The notes: a model not told the origin generated them from the sequence alone. A stretch of DNA of 64,000 nt from an uncultured Bacilli bacterium (GCA_934101225.1 CAKOQK010000001.1:64978-128977); one strand, 5' to 3'; counted from the first letter of the stretch, positions 19,297 through 31,655 are shown. Made by a program: numbers and translations.

Positions 19297-20512
19297 TTAC
19301 ACTATAAAAATTTATATCATCTTTAGTTAATTTAATATTTAGATCATTAACATATAACTTAGCAATTATATCATCTTTTTTAACTAAATCGCCTGATTGT
19401 TTTAATAATTTAATACCAACACTATAATCAATTTTAGAATCTTTAGTTATTCTACCAGCCCCTAATTTAACTGATAACTCTCCAACTTTTAAAGCATTAA
19501 TATGACTAATTATTCCATCCTGATTAGATTTAATTAAAATAACTTTATCACTAATCTTTAACTTAGATAAATCTCCGCCTTGGTTAGATATCCAAACTTT
19601 ATACATATCATAAGCCTTATTATTATCTAATACTTCACTTGCACGATTATATGCTTCTTCATAAGAAATATTTAAATACATACTTGCTAAATTTCCGGCT
19701 ACTTCTAAAGATGTTTCTCTTAATTTATTTTTTTCTCCTTTTAAAACATTTATAGCTTCTTCTACTTCTAACGCATTACCTATGCAAGTTGATAATGGTT
19801 CATTCATATCGGAAATAATTGTCTTAACTTGTCTATTAAATCTCTTACCAATCTCTATTAAATAATTTGATAATACATCAGCATCTTTTTTAGTTTTAAC
19901 TAAAGCACCACTTCCCCATTTAACATCAATTAAAATATAATCAGCTCCACAAGCAATTTTTTTACTCATAATACTTGAGGCAATAAGAGGGATACTTTCA
20001 GTTGTTCCAGAGACATCTCGTAACGCATAAATAACTTTATCTAGTGGCACTAAATCATTAGTTTGAGCCCCAACAACAATACCTATTTTATCTAAATTAT
20101 TGTAATAATCTTCTTTAGTTAAATTAACATTAAATCCCGGAATAGATTCTAACTTATCAATAGTTCCTCCAGTTATCCCTAGTCCTCTACCACTCATTTT
20201 AACTACCGGAATATTTAATGCCCCAAGTATAGGAATAGCAACTAATGTAACAGTATCACCTATACCTCCAGTTGAATGTTTATCACAAACTTTTTTATCA
20301 AATTTAAATGTTTCCCCGCTATCAATAAATATTTTAGTTAAATCAAATGTTTCTTCAAAAGTAAGTCCATTAATAACAATAGCCATTAATAATGAAGTCA
20401 TTTGATAATCAGGTATTTCTTTATTTAAATAACCATTAAAAGCATAATATAGTTCTTCATGAGTTAAAACTTCTTTATTTTTCTTTTTAGTTATAATATC
20501 TAACATATTCAT
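19292..20512 (-). CDS. pdp: Pyrimidine-nucleoside (thymidine) phosphorylase
   Basis: HSTGGIGD, SGRGLGITGGTIDKLESIPG. The track start is GTG 20521; I prefer ATG 20512. Confidence 0.9.
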   Translation of the reverse strand: MNMLDIITKKKNKEVLTHEELYYAFNGYLNKEIPDYQMTSLLMAIVINGLTFEETFDLTKIFIDSGETFKFDKKVCDKHSTGGIGDTVTLVAIPILGALNIPVVKMSGRGLGITGGTIDKLESIPGFNVNLTKEDYYNNLDKIGIVVGAQTNDLVPLDKVIYALRDVSGTTESIPLIASSIMSKKIACGADYILIDVKWGSGALVKTKKDADVLSNYLIEIGKRFNRQVKTIISDMNEPLSTCIGNALEVEEAINVLKGEKNKLRETSLEVAGNLASMYLNISYEEAYNRASEVLDNNKAYDMYKVWISNQGGDLSKLKISDKVILIKSNQDGIISHINALKVGELSVKLGAGRITKDSKIDYSVGIKLLKQSGDLVKKDDIIAKLYVNDLNIKLTKDDINFYSVK

Positions 20513-20568
20513 TATATCCACTCTCTATTCTATAAATATTATAAATTAGAGTAAAGAAAAAAGAAAGA

Positions 20569-20907
20569 TTAATTTCTTTCTTTAACTTTAAATTCTTTAA
20601 CCATTTCGTCAAGGAAATTAAGTTTAGCTCTTCTAACCATTCCTTTTTTAACAACTGTAATTTTGTCAATTAATGGTGAATTAACAGCAAATGTTCTTTT
20701 AACAACAACGCTTCCTGATTTTTTTCTAACAGTAAATCTCTTGGAAACTGATCCACCTTGAATACTTGTTACAATTCCTTCGAATGCTTGAATTCTTTCT
20801 TTTTTACCTTCTTTAATCCATAAATCAACTCTTACGATATCTCCAACTCTAAATTCAGGAGTATTAGGTTTGATTTGTTTAGCATTAATCTTATCGATTA
20901 AGTTCAT
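20569..20907 (-). CDS. rplS: 50S ribosomal protein L19
   Basis: FRVGDIVRV...ERIQAFEGIV...VRKKSGSVVVKRTF. ATG 20907 follows AAAGGA. The longer track ORF is an upstream extension. Confidence 0.93.
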   Translation of the reverse strand: MNLIDKINAKQIKPNTPEFRVGDIVRVDLWIKEGKKERIQAFEGIVTSIQGGSVSKRFTVRKKSGSVVVKRTFAVNSPLIDKITVVKKGMVRRAKLNFLDEMVKEFKVKERN

Positions 20908-20994
20908 AAAACACGTCCTTTCATAATATATTTCACTGATAATCATATATAAATATAGCGGATTATAGGAGCTTTTTCTTCCAAAAGCATTTTG

Positions 20995-21023
20995 ATTATA
21001 TCAAAAGAATATCTAAATTACAA
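20995..21023 (-). promoter_or_regulatory. Candidate rplS promoter TTGTAA-N17-TATAAT with ~80-nt leader
   Basis: Plus attata at 20995-21000 and ttacaa at 21018-21023. The leader contains the hairpin GCTTTT-GGAAG-AAAAGC. A ribosomal-protein leader is possible but not verifiable by eye. Confidence 0.35.
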
Positions 21024-21108
21024 GGTTTAATTTAGATTTAACTCTAAAATTTTCAATTTTATCTATCATTTAAGAACTCTAATTATAATTAGGTTAATTA
21101 AACTATGT

Positions 21109-21140
21109 TTCCTAGTATTTTCCTAGTAAAATTCCTACTA
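21109..21140. repeat. Three direct repeats TTCCTAGTA / TTCCTAGTA / TTCCTACTA at 11-12 bp spacing in an ORF-free region
   Basis: Copies at 21109-21117, 21120-21128 and 21132-21140, read directly. Confidence 0.7.
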
Positions 21141-21437
21141 TTTTGTTACTATTTGCTTGCTAGATAAAAATTGCAATTCAAAGAAGAGGAGTCATTTTAT
21201 TTAATTCATTTACTAATATTTCTAATAACTTTAGATAGTTATCCCATTTCGTCAAATTATGAGAGTATTTGTTAATAAAAAAAATAATCCCCAATTAATA
21301 GAATTATCTTAAATTGCTATTTTGTTTTCTTTTAATAAATACGGTAACTATTAATGCAATAATATTACTTTCAATTGATTCACTCGTAAAAACTATTTAA
21401 TATTTCTAGTAATATGGAAATTGTGACACCATAAATT

Positions 21438-22739
21438 TTATAAATCTAAATTATTAATGTATTCAATAAAATATAAAGGAATATTAATTACTTTTCCATT
21501 TTTACATAAATTATTTAAAGAAAATCTAAATGAAATTTCATTGTTGTTATTAGCATTATATTTTGTTAAACTATTATTATTTGTACTTTTATCTGATTTT
21601 ACTTCTATTGGGATTATTTTATTATTTTTTTGAATAACAAAATCGATTTCATTTCGATCAAACGTATAATAATTAGGAGCATCTTCTTGTAAATAATTTA
21701 ATACATTAGCAACATAATTTTCGGTAAATGAACCTTTAAACTCTTCGAATAGTTTATTTCCCTCAATAATAATACTACTATTTAAATTAGACATTCTTCT
21801 TAATAGTCCTACATCGTTCATGTATATTTTAAATGAAGATAAATCATTATATGCTTTTAATGGAAAGTCACATTTAGTTACTGAATAACACTTAGTTACT
21901 AAGCTAGCATTATTAAGCCAATTTAAAGCATTCTCATATTCTCTTGCACGAGCTCCTTCTTTTACAACTTGATAAACAAATTTTTTATTTTCTCTTGCTA
22001 ATTGAGATGGGATGCCGTTCCAAATTAAGGATATTTTATTTGCTTCATTAATACTAGTATGTTTTGAAAAATCACTTTCATAAGCATCAAGTATATTTTT
22101 TTGAATTTTACTTACTTTTTCAATATCTTTATCATTAACCCAACTTTTTACTGCCTCTGGCATACCTCCAACTATATAATATACTTTTAATTTTTCAATA
22201 AGTTCGTCAGTAAATATTTTGGAAATTTCTTTTATTTCTTTTGTCTTTTTCATAACTTCTACTAAATTTTCTGAATTATCTGCTATTAAAAATTCGCTAA
22301 AAGTCATTGGATAAAGATTTAAAAAATCTACTTTGCCTACGGGAAAAGATGTTTTAGATAATCTAATACCAAGTAGTGATCCTGCACATGCGATATGATA
22401 TTCTCCAGCTTCCTCGCAAAAATATTTTAAGGAATTTAAGGCGTTTGGACATTCTTGAATTTCATCAAAAATTATTAATGTTGTACAAGGATTTATTTTT
22501 TTGCCATTAACAAGAGATAATTGCTCGATTATACGTTTAGGATCTTTAGTATTTTCAAATAATTCTACCAATCCTTCATCATGATCAAAATTAAAATATG
22601 CAATATCATTATAATTTTCTTTTCCAAATTCTTTTAAAATATATGTTTTTCCAACTTGTCTTGCGCCTTTTAAAATTAAAGGTTTTCTATCTTTACTATT
22701 TTTCCAATTTATTAACTTTTCTATTATAAATCTCTTCAT
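21438..22739 (-). CDS. AAA+ ATPase with DUF4143 C-terminal domain (COG1373-type)
   Basis: Walker A GARQVGKTY, Walker B LIIFDEIQ, and C-terminal EIDFVI...IPIEVKS, which is restriction-endonuclease-like and typical of DUF4143. Confidence 0.8.
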   Translation of the reverse strand: MKRFIIEKLINWKNSKDRKPLILKGARQVGKTYILKEFGKENYNDIAYFNFDHDEGLVELFENTKDPKRIIEQLSLVNGKKINPCTTLIIFDEIQECPNALNSLKYFCEEAGEYHIACAGSLLGIRLSKTSFPVGKVDFLNLYPMTFSEFLIADNSENLVEVMKKTKEIKEISKIFTDELIEKLKVYYIVGGMPEAVKSWVNDKDIEKVSKIQKNILDAYESDFSKHTSINEANKISLIWNGIPSQLARENKKFVYQVVKEGARAREYENALNWLNNASLVTKCYSVTKCDFPLKAYNDLSSFKIYMNDVGLLRRMSNLNSSIIIEGNKLFEEFKGSFTENYVANVLNYLQEDAPNYYTFDRNEIDFVIQKNNKIIPIEVKSDKSTNNNSLTKYNANNNNEISFRFSLNNLCKNGKVINIPLYFIEYINNLDL

Positions 22740-22762
22740 AATATCAACTCCTTAGCAACATA

Positions 22763-22840
22763 TTATCACACTTTTGCAAGAAATATTTACATTTTTATCA
22801 CACTTTTGTTTAGATTTACATTAAAATTATCACACTTTTG
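22763..22840. repeat. Three copies of TTATCACACTTTTG with an exact 32-bp period, upstream of the DUF4143 ATPase gene
   Basis: Copies at 22763-22776, 22795-22808 and 22827-22840. The first two units also share ATTTACAT. Confidence 0.85.
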
Positions 22841-22875
22841 TAAATTTAAAATAAAAACTCTACCATAGAATTATC

Positions 22876-26000
<3,125 letters not shown>

Positions 26001-26041
26001 TTAAATCAACTCCATTTGTATATTATCATAATTTTTAAAAG

Positions 26042-26066
26042 AAAAAAACTATCAAAATAGTTTTTA
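26042..26066 (-). terminator. Rho-independent terminator after rmuC
   Basis: 9-bp stem aaaaactat (26044-26052) pairs with atagttttt (26057-26065), with a U-run on the minus strand. Confidence 0.5.
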
Positions 26067-27128
26067 TTAATCTTTATGTTCAATTAAATTAACATTATTA
26101 ATTGAATCAAATCTTTTGGTTATTTTCTCTGTTGTTGTATGAATATCTTCTACATCTTTGCTTACAGTATTAATACTTCTTGATAATTTATCCCATCTTT
26201 CACGATATCTACCAAACTCAATACCAAGCTTATTTAGTTCCTCATGAATAACTTTTGCATATTTATCTCTTTCAATATTCATAACTACCATATTTATAAT
26301 AGTTAAAGTACTCATTAAAGTAGTAGGTCCTGCTATCCAAACATTAGATTTATAAGAATATTCTAAAAGGTCAGGATGATATGCATTAATTTCCGCAAAT
26401 ATTGCCTCGGCTGGTAAAAATAATATTGCTTCGGGTGCCGTTTCTCCTGGTATTATATACTTACTTCTAATAGCGTCAATATGTTTTTTAACATCAACTT
26501 TAAATGCTTTTAAAGCAGCATCTCTTTCCGCTTTAGGTAAATTTCGATCTGTCATTAATTCATAATGTTCTAAAGGAAATTTTGAATCTATGCATATAGT
26601 TCCTATTGGGTTTGGTGCATAAACAACTGCATCAGCAATATATCCATTTTTCATAGTAACCTGAGTATTATATACCTTTTTAACATCACCAAACACACTA
26701 GATAATATATAATTTAAATTAGTTTCACCAAATATACCTCTAGTCTTTTTATCAGTTAAAACAGATTGTAAACTAATAATATCTTGACTTAAATTATCTA
26801 TCTTCTTTTGTGCCTCATCTATCTTACCAATTCTTTCTAAAACCGTACTAAAAGTTCTATTTGTCTTTTCAAAATTAACATCTAATCTCTCATTAACTTT
26901 ATCATTTATATAATTAAGTCTTTGTTCAATAACCATATTAGTTTCCTTAAAGTCTTTATCAATATCTTTACTAAATTCATATTTAAAGTCACCCAATGAT
27001 TTAGTAAAATTAGTTTCAAATTTTCCTAATCTTTCTATCATTTCATTATTATTATTTTTTCTCAATAAAGAAATAATTAATAATATAATAACAATCACTA
27101 ATAAACCAATAATAATATATTCTAACAT
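26067..27128 (-). CDS. rmuC: DNA recombination protein RmuC
   Basis: N-terminal TM helix, coiled coil, and a C-terminal RmuC nuclease-like region (IDSKFPLE..., LFLPAEAIF). Confidence 0.85.
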   Translation of the reverse strand: MLEYIIIGLLVIVIILLIISLLRKNNNNEMIERLGKFETNFTKSLGDFKYEFSKDIDKDFKETNMVIEQRLNYINDKVNERLDVNFEKTNRTFSTVLERIGKIDEAQKKIDNLSQDIISLQSVLTDKKTRGIFGETNLNYILSSVFGDVKKVYNTQVTMKNGYIADAVVYAPNPIGTICIDSKFPLEHYELMTDRNLPKAERDAALKAFKVDVKKHIDAIRSKYIIPGETAPEAILFLPAEAIFAEINAYHPDLLEYSYKSNVWIAGPTTLMSTLTIINMVVMNIERDKYAKVIHEELNKLGIEFGRYRERWDKLSRSINTVSKDVEDIHTTTEKITKRFDSINNVNLIEHKD

Positions 27129-27134
27129 CTTAAT

Positions 27135-27722
27135 CTACTCCATTCTAAATTTCTTACTTACAATTTTACTTATTATAAATGCAACTAACATAAATAAACT
27201 AATCTCTACTAATGTTACTGGATTATTTATGCTTTCTATTAAACTAGTACCAATAAATTCCCAAAATAGCACTAAAGATATCTTTCCAATAATAATACTT
27301 ATTATATATTTTTTCTTATCAATTCCTGCAAGACCAGCTGCAATATTTACTAAAAATGCTGGGGTAAATGGCATTGCTATAATAAGTGATAATTCTTCTA
27401 ACTTTAACTTTTGTATTTGTTTAGTAATTCTTTTTAGCTTCTTATGTTCACTCTTATCTAACATATTATAATAGTGTTTCTTTAATTTATTTGAACAAAA
27501 TGAATATGATAGATAACACCCCACACAAGTAAGAATATAACTTACTATAAATCCCGGTACATATCCCATATAATAAGCATTTACTGTAATAAATAATGAT
27601 AACGGAAGAATTGGAAATATACTTTCTATTATAATTAGGAAACATGCCAAAATAGGAGCAAACGCACCTAAATCATTCATAACATTATTAACTATTGTAT
27701 TTATAAATTCAAATATATTCAT
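27135..27722 (-). CDS. TVP38/TMEM64 (DedA-like, VTT domain) membrane protein
   Basis: Multi-TM protein with a VTT-type core. The track start is TTG 27740; the ATG is at 27722. Confidence 0.65.
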   Translation of the reverse strand: MNIFEFINTIVNNVMNDLGAFAPILACFLIIIESIFPILPLSLFITVNAYYMGYVPGFIVSYILTCVGCYLSYSFCSNKLKKHYYNMLDKSEHKKLKRITKQIQKLKLEELSLIIAMPFTPAFLVNIAAGLAGIDKKKYIISIIIGKISLVLFWEFIGTSLIESINNPVTLVEISLFMLVAFIISKIVSKKFRME

Positions 27723-27771
27723 AATATGATTATAAAACAAATTATTTTTTATTTAAAGTCCACTTTACACT

Positions 27772-27795
27772 AAAAAAAGATAGACCTAACTATCT
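27772..27795 (-). terminator. Possible terminator overlapping the end of the glucosaminidase-domain gene
   Basis: On the minus strand AGATAG-TTAGGT-CTATCT followed by TTTTTTT. Confidence 0.4.
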
Positions 27796-28409
27796 TCTAT
27801 AATTGTATTTTTTATATCGTTATAATAATTATTTACTTTGAAAGCCCAAGATATACTTTCAGCATACTTTGGATTCATTTTTTCCGCTGTATCAAGACCA
27901 ATACTATAATAATTATAATAAACTAAATCTAAATAAGATTTTATTCCCTCTTCTAAGGTATCAAATCTTTTATATGATCCACCATTACAAGAAGGACTTC
28001 CCTTTATACCTCCAATATTATTACAACTTCTAGCAAGAGTAGAACATCCCCATTTACATCCAGTTTCTAAATTAACTATTGCTACTGCTAAATATGGATC
28101 TAATCCAGTTTCTTCAGTATATCTAGCAAAATGTTCGCCTGTTCCCTCTAAATCACTATATAAATTCTTATTTAACTTTAAAGTAAGTTCTTCAACAGTT
28201 AAATCATCCCATATAACTTTTCTAGTAGTAGTTGTTACTTCTTCTGTAGTAATTATATTTTCATCTAAATTTGCAATAACTTCACTTTCTTTATTTTTAT
28301 CATTTACTTTTATCATTACTCCACTTAATATTATAAGTAAGCAAAAACAAAAACTGATTATTAAATCTCCATTAACTTTCTTTTTCATAAAATCTATTAT
28401 ACCACACAT
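27786..28409 (-). CDS. Membrane-anchored glucosaminidase-domain (LytD/FlgJ-type) peptidoglycan hydrolase
   Basis: LDPYLAVAIVNLETG...STLARSCNNIGGIKG...FDTLEEGIKSYLDL matches the mannosyl-glycoprotein endo-beta-N-acetylglucosaminidase pattern. Confidence 0.6.
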   Translation of the reverse strand: MCGIIDFMKKKVNGDLIISFCFCLLIILSGVMIKVNDKNKESEVIANLDENIITTEEVTTTTRKVIWDDLTVEELTLKLNKNLYSDLEGTGEHFARYTEETGLDPYLAVAIVNLETGCKWGCSTLARSCNNIGGIKGSPSCNGGSYKRFDTLEEGIKSYLDLVYYNYYSIGLDTAEKMNPKYAESISWAFKVNNYYNDIKNTIIEDS

Positions 28410-28453
28410 CTTTTATTATGCAAGTTAATAGAAAAAGTTACCATAAACTGGAA

Positions 28454-30208
28454 TTAATACCATTTATTTACAATATCAACACTCGTTGATTTAGGCATTG
28501 GATTAGGTAAATCAAGTTTTACCAATAAAGGAACTTTAAACGCAGTTCCAAACACAATAGCGGTTCCTGGAAGTAGGTTTTTTATTTTTTCAATAGTCTC
28601 CTCACTAACATTACTAGAAATATTACTAATTATATTTATATCACTTGGATGAAATATTTTAAATGATATAAAGTTAGAACACTGTGATAACGCAGTAGTT
28701 GATAATTCACTAGGTCTTTGCGTAATAAATCCCAATAATAATCCATATTTTCTTCCTTCTTTAGCAATACGATCAAAAATGTTATAACCTAAAACTTCAA
28801 TATCAGTATCATTTTGAACATATCTATGTGCTTCTTCTAAGATAATATGAATCGGAAAAGAAGCTCTTTCTTTTAAATTAGTAACATAATTAAAGAATAT
28901 TCTCGTATATATTTTAGTTAATATTTTAACGAATCTTTCTTCAACATTATTTAAATTAAAATTAATAACTTGATAATTTTTATCAGCATTAAATAATCTT
29001 TCTACAAATTCATTTTTAGTAATTCTTTCTTTTCCTTCATCAAAAAATCTTCTATTTTCGGAATTAAGTATTTGTTGCAATCTTACTTTAAGAACATTAT
29101 ACTCATCATATATTTTTTCACTTTTTAAAGTACCTTCACTAATTAATGCAAAATCAAGAGCATAATAAATATCTTCTAACCCATATTTAATGTTATGACT
29201 TATTATTACATTTGATAAATCTAACTTTTCAAATTGTTGTAAATAATTTATTACTAAATCAAGAGCAGTCATTTTTCCAGATGAATCTATATTTAAACAT
29301 TGTTTTAAAGTTCTTGTATATCCCGGTTGAACTATTGGTGTTTCTAAATTTAAATCTTTTGTATTATATCTTGTTAATATTGCAATAATTTGATCCCTTA
29401 TTTGAGTAGGATTTCTACCACTAGATAAAATATCTAATAAACTTTCAGCTATAATATCTGTTTTGTATTCTTGAACATTATTATCTAAACTATTAAATAT
29501 ATAAACTAGTTTTAAAGTTTTTTCTAGGATTGGTAATTGGCTTGCGGATCTTACATTTAAAAGAAGCGCTAAATCATCAATATCTAAAAAATAGGCAGGA
29601 ACATTAATTGTATTATAGTTTTCATCCATATTATAGGATTTATATCCTAAATTAGGTATATCATTAGCGTTTTTAAATGCATCATTATACTCTCCATATA
29701 CATCAAATAAAACTATATGCGCATTTTTGGGAATTCCGGCTTTATTATCTTGAAAAATGTTTTGCAAAATACGAGCAACTCCACATGACTTACCACTACC
29801 ACTGTTACCTAAAATAGCAAAATGACTAGAAAAGAAATCATTTAAATTCATATTAATATTAAATTTTTCATAAGTTACTGACTTTCCTAAATAAACATAT
29901 GATTTATCCAATACATCTTGTTTTCCCAATAATAATTCTAGTTCTTGTTTATAAACAATTCTAGGAATACACTGAAAAGAAGGTTTTTTCATAATTCCTG
30001 GATAAAACATATTATCTCTAATTTCTCCAATTAAAAATATTTTTATAATATCTTTATTAACTGATAATACTTCACCAACTACTTTTCTATTTGTTTCTTC
30101 AAATATAACGTGAATATTTAATATATTGCTTCTAAGTTCATGAGCACTATTTTCTACATAAACATAATTATCTATAATTTCAGTTATTCTTCCAAACATA
30201 TTTATCAA
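28454..30208 (-). CDS. HerA/DUF87-family hexameric ATPase-like protein (orphan)
   Basis: N-terminal barrel-like segment, Walker A GNSGSGKSCG, Walker B IHIILEEAHRY, and FITQRPSELS, which is typical of HerA/FtsK-like ATPases. Confidence 0.7.
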   Translation of the reverse strand: MINMFGRITEIIDNYVYVENSAHELRSNILNIHVIFEETNRKVVGEVLSVNKDIIKIFLIGEIRDNMFYPGIMKKPSFQCIPRIVYKQELELLLGKQDVLDKSYVYLGKSVTYEKFNINMNLNDFFSSHFAILGNSGSGKSCGVARILQNIFQDNKAGIPKNAHIVLFDVYGEYNDAFKNANDIPNLGYKSYNMDENYNTINVPAYFLDIDDLALLLNVRSASQLPILEKTLKLVYIFNSLDNNVQEYKTDIIAESLLDILSSGRNPTQIRDQIIAILTRYNTKDLNLETPIVQPGYTRTLKQCLNIDSSGKMTALDLVINYLQQFEKLDLSNVIISHNIKYGLEDIYYALDFALISEGTLKSEKIYDEYNVLKVRLQQILNSENRRFFDEGKERITKNEFVERLFNADKNYQVINFNLNNVEERFVKILTKIYTRIFFNYVTNLKERASFPIHIILEEAHRYVQNDTDIEVLGYNIFDRIAKEGRKYGLLLGFITQRPSELSTTALSQCSNFISFKIFHPSDINIISNISSNVSEETIEKIKNLLPGTAIVFGTAFKVPLLVKLDLPNPMPKSTSVDIVNKWY

Positions 30209-30244
30209 CCCTTATTCTATTTAAAATTTTATCACAAAAATTTA

Positions 30245-30268
30245 ATTAAAAAAAGAGGTTACCCTCTT
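30245..30268 (-). terminator. Rho-independent terminator after the tiny-peptide gene pair
   Basis: On the minus strand AAGAGG-GTAA-CCTCTT followed by TTTTT. Confidence 0.5.
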
Positions 30269-30272
30269 ATAT

Positions 30273-30380
30273 TTAATATACTAGAACTGAGCCAAGAATA
30301 ATTGCAAGTAATATAAATAAAACTAAAACTATAAAAGCATCACTAACATTATTATTCTTGCAACCTTTTTTACCTAGCAT
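30273..30380 (-). CDS. YjcZ-like tiny transmembrane sporulation peptide (35 aa)
   Basis: Below the track cutoff. MLGKKGCKNNNVSDAFIVLVLFILLAIILGSVLVY, with AAGGAGG 6 nt upstream of the ATG. Confidence 0.6.
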   Translation of the reverse strand: MLGKKGCKNNNVSDAFIVLVLFILLAIILGSVLVY

Positions 30381-30397
30381 TTTAACGCCTCCTTACC

Positions 30398-30499
30398 CTA
30401 GATTACTGCAGCACCAACTATAATTACTAATAAAATAAACAATACAAGTATAAATGCAGCACCACTTACACCGTTATTATTATTACAACAACCGTTCAT
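30398..30499 (-). CDS. YjcZ-like tiny transmembrane sporulation peptide (33 aa)
   Basis: Below the track cutoff. MNGCCNNNNGVSGAAFILVLFILLVIIVGAAVI has the FILVLFILLVIIVGA core of the tiny_TM_bacill/YjcZ family. A GGAGGGAG RBS is present. Confidence 0.65.
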   Translation of the reverse strand: MNGCCNNNNGVSGAAFILVLFILLVIIVGAAVI

Positions 30500-30556
30500 A
30501 ATCTCCCTCCTTTTCATCTCTCATTTTATTGTATTCAAAAAACCTAGGTAGTGTTC

Positions 30557-30585
30557 TTGTATTTTAAGAAATTGATTGTTATAAT
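30557..30585 (+). promoter_or_regulatory. Candidate prsA promoter TTGTAT-N17-TATAAT
   Basis: ttgtat at 30557-30562 and tataat at 30580-30585. RBS AGGAGGG at 30593-30599. Confidence 0.45.
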
Positions 30586-30602
30586 AACAAGTAGGAGGGA
30601 AA

Positions 30603-31622
30603 ATGAAAAAGAAATTATTAATTTGTTTAGTTGTACTTGGCTTAACTAGTGGTTGTGGAAAAGTTACTACTTTACCTAATGGAGATGAAGCATTAGTTTC
30701 ATTTACTAATGAAAATTTAGGAATCAGTGCTGGTGATTTATATAATAAAATTAAAAATACAGCGTTATCTAGTTTACTTGATATGATTGATACTAAAATT
30801 TTATTAGATAAGTATCCAGACAAAGAAAGTGATGCTAACAAGTATGTTGATGAACAATATGACTTAATCAAAAATAATTACAAAGATGATAATGGTAAAT
30901 TTGATGAATCTAAATTAAAAGAAGATATTTATACATATTATGGAATTACAGATATTGATAAATTCAAAGATATTATTAGATTAAATTATTATCGTTCTGA
31001 AGCAGTTAATGATTATGCTAAAAAAAGTATAACTGACAAACAAATTCAAAAGTATTATGATGAAAATGTTTATGGTGATATTTCATGTAAACATATCCTA
31101 ATTACTCCAGAAGTAACTGATAGTATGACTGATGATGAAAAAAATGCTGCTGATAAGGAAGCACTTAATAAAGCAAAAGATATTATCAAAAAACTTAAAA
31201 ATGGAGAATCATTTGATGATCTTGCTAAAGAATATTCAAACGATACTTCAAACAAGGATAAAGGCGGAGATTTAGGTTATTTCAATACTGGTGATATGTT
31301 AAAAGAATTCGAAAAAGCAGCGTTTGCTCTTAAAAAAGGAAAATATACTACTTCACCAGTAAAAACCAAATATGGTTACCATATTATTCTTAAAACTGAT
31401 GAAAAAGAAAAACCATCTTTAGAAGATAAAAAAGATGAAATTATTAATACTTTAGCAACTGAATTAAAATCTAGTGATACTACCTTAAGTATTAATGCAT
31501 TAGTTGAACTTAGAAAATCATATGGAATGAATATTCAAGACGATGAAATGAATAAGTTATATTCAACATACGTTTCAAATTCATTATTAAACGCTAAATC
31601 TAGTAGTTCTAGTTCAAAATAA
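30603..31622 (+). CDS. prsA: Foldase lipoprotein PrsA (parvulin-type peptidyl-prolyl isomerase)
   Basis: Lipobox LTSGCG, and a parvulin domain with HILI...GGDLGYF...GYHII. Confidence 0.85.
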   Translation: MKKKLLICLVVLGLTSGCGKVTTLPNGDEALVSFTNENLGISAGDLYNKIKNTALSSLLDMIDTKILLDKYPDKESDANKYVDEQYDLIKNNYKDDNGKFDESKLKEDIYTYYGITDIDKFKDIIRLNYYRSEAVNDYAKKSITDKQIQKYYDENVYGDISCKHILITPEVTDSMTDDEKNAADKEALNKAKDIIKKLKNGESFDDLAKEYSNDTSNKDKGGDLGYFNTGDMLKEFEKAAFALKKGKYTTSPVKTKYGYHIILKTDEKEKPSLEDKKDEIINTLATELKSSDTTLSINALVELRKSYGMNIQDDEMNKLYSTYVSNSLLNAKSSSSSSK

Positions 31623-31655
31623 AAAAATTATCTATATTTCAAGATAATTTTTTAT
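31621..31655. terminator. Bidirectional terminator hairpin between convergent genes
   Basis: aaattatct (31625-31633) pairs with agataattt (31642-31650), flanked by A- and T-runs. Confidence 0.5.

Noticed and set aside
20908-20994. L19 ribosomal-protein leader RNA
   Set aside because: A promoter, an ~80-nt leader and a small hairpin are present. I cannot verify the Rfam L19_leader structure by eye, so it is mentioned only under the promoter feature.
22763-22840. DnaA boxes / replication-origin iterons
   Set aside because: TTATCACAC differs from TTATNCACA at the critical sixth position. No dnaA or dnaN context or AT-rich unwinding element arrangement is present. Only one orientation occurs.
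30521-30871. 116-aa minus-strand ORF
   Set aside because: It is antisense to the well-supported prsA gene and overlaps the prsA promoter. No family was recognised.
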